A DNA stretch of 64,000 nucleotides from Raillietiella orientalis. Taxonomy: Eukaryota. The notes beneath the pieces were generated by a model that saw nothing but the letters and a program-made list of their open reading frames with translations, ran no database searches and was not told where the DNA came from. Positions 37,095 through 48,331 of the stretch are shown piece by piece. Every line of letters starts with the position of its first letter. Within the stretch, counting starts at the first letter, position 1. Where the stretch lies: positions 1 to 64,000 of the forward strand of contig JAYWIR010000019.1 of the NCBI GenBank assembly GCA_036172245.1. The letters are read 5' to 3'. Both the position numbers and the translations under genes were made by a program.

Positions 37095-37335
37095 CAAACC
37101 TAGACATACTACCTTTCCGGCCATTTTTTATCATTAAAGACCTAACAAGCCTTCTACCACTTATTACACTCCTCCTATTTACATCCACCTTCTTCCCTTA
37201 TATATTTATATCCGAAGAAAATTTCATAATCTCTAACCCTCTAATAACCCCTTCACACATTCAACCTGAATGATACTTCCTATTCGCTTATACTATCCTA
37301 CGATCAATCCCCAACAAATTAGGAGTAATTGCAAC
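37095..37335 (+). pseudogene. CYTB: NUMT: mitochondrial cytochrome b fragment
   Basis: PFRPFFIIKDL...ENF..SNPL.TPSHIQPE(TGA=W)YFLFAYTILRSIPNKLG-VIA: PEWY motif read in mitochondrial code. Confidence 0.95.
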
Positions 37336-40300
37336 ATTAACCATACCTTTTGCAAATGGTGCCTGCTATGTAGGAAGGCTATGAAATCCTAGTGCTAAGA
37401 AATGTAATTCAATTCAACAAATATTGATGATTTGCCTTTTGTATAAAGAGTTGGATATTAGGATTCCTTTTGATTTGGTTTATCAATATGTGGCTGTTTC
37501 TGTTGCAAAGGAATTTGTAGGAACTGTGTAAGATTCAAATGCTTAAACAACAATCACATACTGAGATTAATATACATAAATGTGAATGCAGCATGTGAGT
37601 ACACTTTGCAGCATACTGCCACTGAAGCATTCCAAAACTCCTCGTTCTATGAGAGGAAATCGATATAGGATTCCCTCTTCATTTTCCATGGTTTACAAAA
37701 CATCCCCCCACTGCTCAAAGGCAAACAAGTTCACTGCATGAAAACAAAAACACAACCATAGTGTTTAATCTTATCTATACTATAGGAATGTTGCACCTAC
37801 AGATGACCACAGAAATTTAGGTAGGAACCATTTAATGAGCAATAAAGGCAAAAGGAAGCATCTGATCCATCCCATGGCATTTCCAAATTCAAAACTTTTT
37901 GTAATAGGGAAAGGAACTATTGGCATGCAGTTGCTATCATACTAACTGAATATGTACAATTTTCTCCAAAAAATTGGAAGAAAAAGCGCCACTTGCTTGA
38001 AAGGAGATAACTTCAAATTTCTGAGGAAATAACCATACAAATCCAGTGCTTCATACAGATTTAGAAAGATTATGCTATATTACAAAATCTCGAAATGAAT
38101 TCCAATTTGCTCAGAAATCCGCACCTTTTCAGCAAATTGTGCACAGCATTGGGTTTTCAAGGTATATCAAACTTGTCAAGCCTTACAAGAATGCACCGAA
38201 CAAAATAACCATGTTCCAAAGGAAGGAAAAGTACATTTATGAGACTTACAAACTACAATACAAAGTGACATTCAAACCCAACTACTCGCACTTTCTTCTT
38301 AATGTCAATTCTATTTTTCTCCCCTTCAGTCAACCTGAGAAAGCAAATTCTCATGGGTACTAGTTGAAATCACAAGCTAAAAAAAAAAAAAAAAAAAGGC
38401 ATTGCGTACCATTTTCATAAAGTTTTGCATGAAATCAGATATCAACATGCTTAGATTTCAGAGATTTGCATTTCCTGGCTTTCTTGGCTATGAACGTTCT
38501 GTATCATATATTGGAAGCAAGAAAGCAACCAAAGGCAAACGAGTTGCAGATTTTTATGTGCGCACTTTCTACCCAGCAACCTGGATGCTCGATCAACCGA
38601 AGGCCCCGCTCTGCTCTACCATGTAACGTACCTTCCAAGACAACTACAGTCAAAGATAGATCCCTCTATTCCATTCCACCGTCGGCCACCACGAACACAT
38701 CCACCACAAAGCACATCCGGTGCATTTCTTTCGCTTCCGCTCCATTGATCCTTCGCTCAGCTGCGCCATCTCTGAGCAGGCGGAAGTACTGGCGCTTTGG
38801 CTGTCTGAGGCGGTGAGGAGCTGACGTGTCACGCACTGGACTTGAGCAGTGCGCGTCGCCGCTCTGGAATGAAAATCGAGAAGGAACATCTGGAAAGGTT
38901 CCAGACGCACTCGAACGGATGTCACTCGGTCGGGGTCGGTTAGGGAAGTCGTTCCTGACCCATCATTGTCTGGGGCGCAGTAGGGATCAACTGCTGCCAT
39001 GAACCCCCTTCTTGAAAAAGCGCCCCATCGGGAAGTTCACAGCAGACGACATCGCTCTGGAGTCCATGTGCTCACATATCTTTGAAGCAGCATGGAACCG
39101 TGGGAGCAGAAGCGACCTCGGACGACTCGATTTCACGGCAGGACTCGCGAGTGAAGGATGAATCTGATGGCCATCGTACAAAATCATCAGCAATTAGATT
39201 GCCAAGCGTCCGACCGTCGAAACTTGGGAGTAAACTTTCCTGCTCCGAATTCGGTGCTTGGAGCCGAAATTTGCTTTCTGCTCACATCGCTCCATATCGA
39301 AGGGATGCTGGCAATTTTGGCAGCAGGAGACAGTTTTCTACGATGCACATCTCTCCTTGAAGACAAGGAAAGAGCATTCAAAAGTGTTTTCTTGCAGCAA
39401 GCTTACCCTTGGTGAGGATTCTTGTCCCCGTCCGGACCTGGTGTTGCGCGTAAAGAATAGAATGGGCATCTTTTGCCGATGGATTTCTGGCCCGGACCAA
39501 CGACCGCAGCTTCCTCTAGTGCCTGCAAGAGGGTGGAAACCTTCGGCGCGCCTGAGCTGCCGCGGCTCTCCTGCTCCTCCTCTCGGATTCCCTTGGGTGA
39601 GGTCCGACATCCGGATGCCGGGCGCGAGTTCCGCTCCGGGAAATTTCCCGGCCTCGTCTCGCCTCAAGGAGCCCGCAGGATCTCGGGGATGGCAACGGGC
39701 ACACGGCAGGAGGCCAGGAGTCTCGGCCTCGGCAACGAACGCGCGCCAGGGATTTTCCGGAAGGTTTCCGGGAGACGAGGGAGGGGTGCATCGGAAAGCG
39801 GTTCCCGAACCGGAGGGGGTACGCGAGCAGCGACCGGCGCAGCGCAGTCCGTGCCGACGGCCCCCTCGGACGCGCGCGTGCGCGCACGCTCGCTCGCGAA
39901 CAAGCGCGAAATCTTCACTGCCAGCGAGAAGGCGGGGGAAGACTTTCATGGGCCCTCGAGTGCGCGGACCACGGCCTGGCGACGCCCGAGAACGGCGATC
40001 CGCCGCCGAGACACGCGCGGCCCGCGGGCTGTTTTGCCCGGCCTCTGTTCCTTCCTTTTCCCCCCCCCCTCTCTTCTTCTCGCCCCGCGAGGCGTGCCCT
40101 ATCCCCTTGCGATGCCCCCTCCCCGCCTTCTCCTCCTCGAAACCCACCGTTTGTCGGCCGCCCCGCGCGTGAAATCGGCAATTTCTCGCCGCGGAGACGG
40201 ACCTTCCTCCGAAGCGGCGTCGTCTTTCCTCCGCCGTTTATCTCTTTGGCAACGCACCGAGCGAGCGAGTTCCTCCGGAGATGATTACGGAGGTCTGCAC

Positions 40301-41069
40301 TAGGCAGGAAGTAATTTGAATGATCCGGGGAGAGGAGAGAGAGCGGATGGACAGTCGGAATCCCTCGGGACGAGAAAACCAACTCCGACCCTCCCACCTT
40401 CTCCTTCCCATTCCAGACTGAGCCATGGCGTTCTATCCGCCATGCACCTTTGGTTTCAGCTCCTCGTTGACCCCGCCCGATTATTATCATCACTATTTTC
40501 ATGCCAATATGCTTGAGGAACCTGCATAGTACAAAGGTGCATATGCACATGTGAAGACTGTGTGTGTACGTAAGGTACGTTTACACGTGAATGTGCCCTC
40601 GGCAGTGAAAGTGAGTGCGAAGCGATGTGCATTCGCGAAACGTATGTACTTATGGTGTATGTGGGGCGAACCACTGCATGCCGGCACGCCTCACGTGGGG
40701 GGTTTGCCACAGGAGGCGAGCTGGTTCCATGGGGCTCGATCCACTCTGCGCATAAGGCGCGGGAAGCAAAACTGACCTCGACCGGTTTCAAGGTTGTGGA
40801 AGTTCGGACGCAGCCTTGCGTCCATCCACCGAAGTCCTCCCTTGAACCTGGATGCCTGGGACCTTTCTCCTCCGATGCAGGAGAGTGCGAGCCTCGCTGC
40901 TTTGCAATAAGGAGAGCGTTCGAAACGGACGTGGAGGGTCGTGACGTCAGAGCGTGCGCCCAGGATGGCGGGAGGGAGCCTTCAGCCCGGCCCGCCTCGA
41001 TTGCGGCGACACGTTGCGAGGCTCAAATGGTGTCCTCCATGTTTGTCTTGTTCAGAATGATGACAATCT

Positions 41070-41760
41070 GTGTTCGGATGATGCACAGGTGGAACCACCT
41101 TAAAGAGGTCCTCAGGTAGATCCGCTCCCAATTGATTGCGTCCCTGCCATTCTGGCCTATTCTGGAGCCACTCACGGGGATTCCTGAAGTCGTTACGAGG
41201 AGATCCATAGGATCCATAGGTCTGAGCTATCCAGCAGCAGGTGCGGGAGGTCTCCATGCATCTGCCTCGCTCTGCATCTACCCTCTCCCGTGTTCAGTGA
41301 TGAAGGCGCTCTTTGCATGGAATTCCCCAATGCAAGACCAGTAGCGACAACTCCTACCACTTGAGGAATCCTGCCGCTCCTGCCCTGGCCACTTCTCCAG
41401 CATGCAGTGGTCACTTCAGGTTCTCTGATAGTATGGAGAGCAGCTCTCCGATTCCCAGAAGTCCTTTGGGTGGGGCACTCGGCGTCTCAGCATCCGTGAC
41501 CTCCCGAGTTGTCCTGGGTAAGAAGTTTTCTTCTTTCCGCAACGCAGCAGAATATTCTTTCACTGTCTCCCTGGGCGGTTCTCGTCAGCGAATTTCCACC
41601 ATGTTGGTTCCACGCATACGCAGTCCATTGCTGGTGCACTGGGATCGGAAAGTTCTCGGTAGGTCTCGGCCGAGGTTCGAACCCACTTTCACGATTCGGA
41701 GATTCTGGAGGTCACCCGGGACACGACTATTAAATCTGGTGATCTGAGTCCACCGTCTCG
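41070..41760 (-). mobile_element. Decayed family A-like ORF2 C-terminal fragment
   Basis: LHWGIPCKERLHH..., LPHLLLD. Confidence 0.65.
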
Positions 41761-41814
41761 GAAACGCTCTGCTGGGAGGAAACCCCTCAGGCAGACCTAA
41801 GTGTGCCCGCGGTG

Positions 41815-42448
41815 TTCATGAACCGAAGGCTGCACACTTCCTCCGAAGTCGCAGGACGCAGCAACGCATCCGCTGCCCGCGTCGAATGGCGCTGGTTGGC
41901 CTAATCATTCGGGCATGGCACCGGCGGTGGATTAAGCCGGAGGGCCCCGATGAAGGCCGGAACAATGGGAAATTGACCTTCGGGTCTTCCCAGGAATAAA
42001 GGAGTGGGGAGTTCCCCCTTCGGTTGTACAAGGGAGAGCGGACCCCCTCACTGGGGGACCCCTCCGGTTTCAAGATGGAGCAGGAGCCCTCACGGGCACC
42101 TTTCCAGTTGTTCAAAGGAGCGGACCCCCTTGTTGCGGTGGTCCCTTCGAGTCGTCGACTCTTCACAGAGTGCACAAGGAAGCAAGCGATAGCGATTCCC
42201 TGCGGGAAGCTGCAGCGCCCCTTCTGAGTTTCGGAAGCGTTCCTTCGGGGTTCTCTTCAGAGGAGTGAACAGGAGCGGTTCCCTTGCGGGTTCCCTCCGG
42301 AGAAGAAATTTCTACAAGCGGATCCTTTCCGGGTTCCCTTCGGAGAAGATGAAATGGAGAGGACCAACCCCCATTACGGGGGTGTCCCTCCGGAGAGAAT
42401 GAGGAAGGAGATTCCCTTCGGGGTTCCCCTTCGGAGACAACCAGGGTA
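41815..42448 (+). repeat. Structured UUCG-hairpin-rich interspersed element, copy a (probable 3' end of a third non-LTR family)
   Basis: Homologous to 44870-45660(-) and 62045-62466(+). Preceded by an ORF tail ...IRAWHRRW, followed by an A-run. Confidence 0.8.
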
Positions 42449-42599
42449 AAAAAAAAAAAAAAGAAAAACGCATCCGTGCATTGGCACGTCACCGCGCAAC
42501 GTTTTCCGACGCCCACGCTACAAGCCACGGTTGATGCGGTTGGCTGACTTTCCAGACAGGAAAATAAACAAGCGAGGTAAGATGTAGACCCCATAATGA

Positions 42600-43240
42600 T
42601 TTAAGAGCCCGAGAAAGGAGAGTGAAGCGCGGGGTCACCTCTTAGCGGAGGCAGTGTTCGTAGCCCTTGGCTACAGAAGCACTGCTCAGAACCACTGCGG
42701 ATGAGAAAGACACCTCTGCCCTCCATCAGAGAGGCGAGGGAAATTTGTCCCCTGCTTCCACCGGAGACTGGGCAGCTTTCGAAGTGTTCATCCTTCGTCT
42801 TCCCGGGCAAGGCCTCCTGCGTCCCCCTCCAGCACACGTAGTAGGTATCTACTACTTTTGCTGGAGGCTCCTTCCGTGCAGACTGTTCTCACCCAGGCCA
42901 TCACTCCTGAAAGCGTTTCGCCACCACCCCGTAGGGTTGCAAGCTCAGCACAGTAGAAAATACAAGGTTTATTCGAAAGCAAGGCTTTCCGGGTCACGGG
43001 CTGACGACCCACGAAGAACACTTCCGCTTTCTTCATCACAGGAAACCCTTTGGCAGGTGGCGAGCACGTCCGCTCAACACTGAGACACCAAGCGTCCCGT
43101 TCGGTGAGCCACCCCGCTGGACCGGACCTCTAGGAAACCTGGAAGACGTATGGATTATCCGCGGTGGTGACCGACAGCTGCATGCTTCCCCTGAGGTGGT
43201 TCCTTACCCGGTTGCACTGGAGCCTTTATTCACTGATGAA
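42600..43240 (+). mobile_element. Highly decayed family A-like ORF2 C-terminal remnant
   Basis: LWQVAS and SCMLPLRW...LHWSL resemble KWQVSC and SRLLPLKW...LHWGL. Confidence 0.45.
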
Positions 43241-43564
43241 CAAGCTATCTGGGAACAAAGTTCCTAGGCGGAAGGAAAAGAAGTTTAAGAGGAAGGCTTC
43301 CCGACACGCGGGTCAGGCACACTGAAAGTCCGGAACAGGAGAGAGGAGACAATAAATAAATTCAAAAGGATGTGGGGGCGGTAGGGGACAGGAGTCTTTG
43401 GCTTCGGCCGCTCCTTCTTGTCAAAACTGGCGCTGAATGCCGGATATCTCCTTCCTGACTTCCTCGCTGAGCTGAGCAGCCGTCGTCATGCTGGTAGAAA
43501 TGAGGTAGTAGAACTTGGAAGTGCAACATAGCATTCTGGAGGATAATGTTCTGAAGATGGCACA

Positions 43565-43830
43565 AGTAGATGAGGGTGGTGTTGAGTAGTAATTGGTGTA
43601 TATTGGTATGAGATTGAGAAAGTGTTTGATTTATTTTGTTGTTGGTGCAGGAGGTTGTGGGTGGTAATATTGATAGTAAATGTTGGAGTGTACAATTTGT
43701 TATTATTAGGGAATTTTAATTTTAAATTAATGTTAGTTAAGGAGGGTTTGGTGGATAGCGATCATTTTTGTGTGAGGTGACAGTAGTTGAGATTGTAAGG
43801 TTTAGTTTTAGTTTGAGTAGTTAGCTTTGG
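43565..43830 (+). other. Possible second NUMT (G+T-skewed, ND5 C-terminus-like)
   Basis: Abrupt G/T-rich, C-poor segment. The mitochondrial-code frame gives YEIEKVFDL, and GAGG follows after a shift. Homology not verified. Confidence 0.3.
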
Positions 43831-44869
43831 GGCTGGATGCTCTTTCGGAAGCTGAACTCCTCTGCAACACGTAAAAATCTTCTGACCACCTGAAGTGGAA
43901 CATGTTCCTTCGAGAAAAAGTTTTTGAAACTTCTGAAAGCAAAGGGAGCACAGTAGGAAACAGTGCCCCATGCATGGACTGAAGAATAAAGATCGTTTGG
44001 AACACGGATAAATCCTAGAGCTTGAAGATCAATTTAAGTGTTTGAGGATTCCTCCTTCCAGGAACCCTTGAACGGTGTAGTTATCCACTGTGTTCCTGAC
44101 CATAGCTCTTTGAGAGCTTCTGAGGCACACAGATTTTAAATATCGGAATGAACCTGGATCCTGTTTCGAACTAGCAGTTATGTTATCAGATATTTTGTTG
44201 TCGTCATGACTTGCGGAAAACCGGGATTTGCTCCTCTCGTTGCAGACTATCAGCGCACATCAAAATACTCAAAACACAAAATGGATACGTCAACACTTCT
44301 CGAGGCACGCACTGATGAATTCACTTTCTTTATTTCTTGCTGTGATTCATTAAGCAGTTCACTGAATATCATGCAGTCTTGTCTGATTGTCTTCCGAGGA
44401 CAACTAAATTCTGAAAATCAACACATCACTCTTCAAAAGGGCTGGTACCAGTTTGTGCACCAGACTTATTTTAACATGGCTTTTTAACAGGATCACATGG
44501 ATGCACGTGTTACAGTTCGTTTTTTTCGTTGAAATCACCGTCAAAATGAAACAAAAATCGAATGAACGTTTGCTTCTTACTCACCATTAAGGCGGCAAGG
44601 GGGGTTGGCTACGAAACATTTCTTTCCAAATACATAGTGGCACCTCGGTACTCGTCGGTAATTCGTTCCGTAACTTGTGACGAATACCGAGACCGACGAG
44701 TACCGACGAGTTCCTTTCTAGGCAGCCTTTCGTGGCATCCTTTTTTTTTTTTTTTTTTTAAAAAAAAGGCCAGTAGCGACCCCCAAGAGGAGATCGCTAC
44801 TATTGGCCTAGGACGATGGAAATCCTTGGGTTCTTTTTCTTCATTTTGTCTTTTTTTTTTTTGTTTCGC

Positions 44870-45660
44870 TAAGTACCTCAGAGCCGGTCGCGTGCCACGC
44901 GGCGCACGTGGCTCTTTTTTGAACATTGAACACACTATTTTGTTTCTACGCCCCTCCGCCCGCGGCAGCCCGCAGGGGTGTGTGTAATTCTTCAGGATAG
45001 GGGGCACCCCGGGATGGAAGTTCGCCCTATGAATCCAGGAAGGGCTCGGAGTCCGTTCCTCTCACGCTTGGGGAGGGATCCCCCGGACGGGGGGGATCGC
45101 ACCTCCCACCCTGGTTGTCTCCGAAGGGGAACCCCGAAGGGAATCTCCTTCCTCATTCTCTTCGGAGGGACACCCCCCATGGGGAGGGGCTATCCTCTCC
45201 ATTTCAACTTCATTTCAACTTCTCCGAAGGGAACCCGGAAAGGATCCGCTTGTAGGAATTTCTTCTCCGGAGGGAACCCGCAAGGGAACCGCTCCTGTTC
45301 ACTCCTCTGAAGAGAACCCCGAAGGGACGCTTCCGAAACTCAGAAGGGGCTCTGCAGCTTCCCGCAGGGAATCGCTATCGCTTGCTTCCTTGTGCACTCT
45401 GTGAAGAGGCAACGACTCGGAGGGTCCCCCGGTGGGGGGGTCCCCTCTCCGTTGCACGACAGGAGGGAGAACTCCCCATTCCTTGATTCCTGGGAGGACC
45501 CGAAGGTCGACTCCCATTGTTCCGGCCTTCATCGGGGGCCTCCGGATCAAACCACCGCCGGTGCCACGCCCGAATGTCTCGGCCCACCAGCGCCATTGCA
45601 GGAGAAACTCGGAACTCGACGACGCAGTGGCGTCAGAGTTTCTGCCGAAGTATTCGAACC
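44870..45660 (-). repeat. Structured UUCG-hairpin-rich element, copy b (longest, ends in A-rich tail)
   Basis: Reverse complement matches 41890-42448 and 62045-62466. Confidence 0.8.
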
Positions 45661-46246
45661 CGCGACGCATGGTGCCACACGCGGAAGCCTTAACCACAAG
45701 GCCTCCGACGCGGACAGCATTTTCAACGGTTTTAGTACCCGTGATTGACATTTGAAATGCACGGAAAGCACACAGAAAATAGAACGATTCGGGAGTCACT
45801 CTATGAAAGTGTTTGGCACTGTTCGCGAGTCAGTACGAGAGGAAAGCGTTCATTCGTTTCATGAGTGGAATGTCGAGTTACGAGCATGCACCGAGTGGCG
45901 AGACGTCTCTTTTCTCGTCAGAATGAGCACCGAGCACCGAGTCTGATGAGTTCCGACACCGTCGCGTACCGAGGTACTACCACTGCACTGAAAACGGGCA
46001 AGGGCTTGCGAAAGAAAAAAGCAATGCACTCAACGTCCCCACCTGACCGCCGTGTCGTGAGGCGGTTCTTCCTTCACTCACCAGCGGGATCAAGGTGTCC
46101 TGCCGCCTGTGCGAGAAGGTTCCTCCGCGGGCCCTCCAGCTCCCAGTGAGCAGCCACAGAGACGTTGCAAGGCGGCACCTTGCCGTCCTCTCTCCGCGTC
46201 GTTCCTACAGATGAAGGCCCCCTGCGTATCCAGCACAGCGCTGCAG

Positions 46247-47187
46247 TTTTCCCCAATCCCACAAGGAGTGGGGTAAATTTGTTTTCTTTAACATTCGCAC
46301 TACATTTTCACTCACTCTATTCAATTATTTGTACCACAAATGTCAGTGTGAAGGCAGCTTCTTGGGGTTTCACCGAGGTACTGCACTTAAGGGGAACTGG
46401 GCTTGCTTTGTGCATGGGCGTTGACCTCAGCCCTCCGTAGATGTATCGGCAAGTCCAGGCCGGCACTCTTCTTCAATCTCTTATGCAGATCTCCTTCCGG
46501 ATAAACCCTTTCAGGATTTCCATCGGAGATACGGCTGTCCTGGTGGTCTTCATCTTCCATCACTGCACAAGTATGGCGGTGATGAAGAGGGCGATGGTCA
46601 TCCTCACCATGGGATTATAGCCGCGAACGTTTCCATTACCTTGGAGCATCGCCGCTAAGATTTCCATAGTTGACGTGGTGGGCAGCTCTATAACCCTTTT
46701 CAGGGCCTGCCAGTCGTGATGCAATGTGGGGCATGTCAAGACGTAAAGTCTCGTATCGATGTCCCCACATGCCTTGCAGTTCTCGCCTTCTCTTCTTCCC
46801 GTGAATTGCTTCATCCTAGACCCGCTCAGGATTCCTCCGTGATGAATCAAGAGGTCATCCTGGGAGTCTGGCGGTAGATCACTCCTCCAGAGCGTTGTTC
46901 CGATCGCCAACGGGTTGATCCTGTCGCTCCCGTAGCGATCGACGGCTTCTTGAAGGGCACTAGTATCCTTGTCTTCTTCTCTTATTATTTTTCTGAAGTT
47001 CTGCTTGTTTACCCTGGATCACGCAAAGTTATGGTGAAGTCCAAAGGACACTTTGCGTGTCCTTTGAGTGAATTTTTCTGTAATCATCTCGGTGTACTGG
47101 AGCATTCGGGAGTGGTGAAGATAGCCTCCTCGCCTTCATTCTTGAATTCTTTGCAAGGCGACTCTGGGCTGCTGGTATATGCCAACT
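46247..47187 (-). mobile_element. Family B 5'-truncated copy (ORF2 C-terminus + 3' hairpin), not flanked by U1
   Basis: AIGTTLWRSDLPPD...CKACGDIDTRLYVLTC...YNPMVRMTIALF; end TTTACCCCACTCCTTGTGGGATTGGGGAAAA. Confidence 0.88.
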
Positions 47188-47810
47188 TTAGCACAGCGCT
47201 GCGACAGCGGCAGCTTCTTCACGTAAGTTCTTGGGCTGTCCGCTGGGAAAGTGGCGCAAAGAAATGTTGCCCACAGTATCCACAGGTCGACTCGCGTCAC
47301 GAGCAATTAGGTGAAAGTCTCCCCCGGAACCTGGCTCTAGTTGGCACTGCACGCTCCCCCTCGTCCAGTGATGGTGGCGCGTGTTGCACGGGGGTGCCCA
47401 GTGCAACGTCAGCAGCGCCTACTGTTGCTACCTGAGTGGAGGACACGATTTGTCCCCTATCAACGGAGGTATCTCCAGCTCTTCCGGAGGAATTTCAAAG
47501 AGTCCTCCCCAGAGAACAAGCCCTCCGGGAGAGCTCAATTTTTTGCTGCAAGGTGCATAAGCGTTGGCTGAGACAATCGACCTGCAAGCCTGTCCACCCG
47601 GCTGCTCTCGCCTAGGTCTCATGAGCGACTTGAGGACAAGTGTGCCCGTGTGCAAGTGTGCACATTTCACCCCATGGGTGCTCCTCCTGAGCACGGGAGC
47701 TCCGTCGCGGAGGAATCTTAGACCTCGCATGTCATCCGAACGTGAAGGCTCTGGACACCTTCTGCTGAAAAGCACGAGATAGAAACCGAGGTGGCTCGCC
47801 TGGATCACGT
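47188..47810 (-). mobile_element. Decayed family A-like ORF2 C-terminal fragment
   Basis: GLVLWGGLFEIPPEELEIPP...LHWAPPCNTRHHHWTRG. Confidence 0.65.
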
Positions 47811-48237
47811 CCTTTTATTTTCCCGGAAAAGCTGCTCTGAGAAACTGAGATTTCTGGAATAGGAAAACAAAACAAAACAAAACATGTTGCCATTTTGTAT
47901 GGGATAAACGGGAAAGGCGCTGAAGTAGTCGGGGCGAGAGAGTTTCGCGCGACTCGCCAAGATAGTGTAGTTCAGAGAACAAATCCTAGAGGGAGGTAAA
48001 GAAGAAATAAGGAAATCTCACGAAATTAATGCGTGCACATTACGAAAAAAAGCAAAAAGCGACATGAGCCTTAAGGCAGTAAAGTGACAAAGAACAGAAG
48101 GAGTGGGTAATACGGTTTCACAGGCTCCTTGGTTTCAAGATAATTGGAATATTGAAACAGCGATTTTCTCATTCAGCACGCGTTGGGGGCAAAGTCGACA
48201 GGGATATGAAGGGCCGACCAGGAGTAAACATTCATTC

Positions 48238-48260
48238 ATACTTACCTGGCTTCGAGGTTA
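48238..48260 (+). ncRNA. RNU1: U1 snRNA gene, nt 1-23 (5' part, interrupted)
   Basis: ATACTTACCTGGCTTCGAGGTTA: canonical U1 5' end. GCTTCGAG pairs with CTCGGAAGC in the 3' part. Confidence 0.92.
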
Positions 48261-48331
48261 AGGTCGCGCCCGAGGCGGTGTCCCAGGCGGGACCCGCGGG
48301 CGTCCACGCGGCGAAGGGAGCGCAAGATGCG

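Noticed and set aside
42200..42440. CRISPR-like repeat/spacer array
   Set aside because: Repeats are degenerate, spacing is irregular and there are no cas genes in this eukaryotic context.
45300..45345. CTGAAGA...CGAAA hammerhead-like core in the structured element
   Set aside because: Stem II closes poorly, I found no matching stem I/III with an NUH site, and it is on the strand opposite the UUCG loops.
48238..48250. CAGGTAAGTAT on the - strand read as an ordinary 5' splice site
   Set aside because: It continues as U1 nt 1-23 and base-pairs with the U1 remainder at 58601-58740, so it is the U1 5' end.
48152..48331. N-terminal extension of the 536-aa ORF1
   Set aside because: It reads through the U1 upstream flank and U1 5' end from a TTG. 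This is a chance open frame outside the element.
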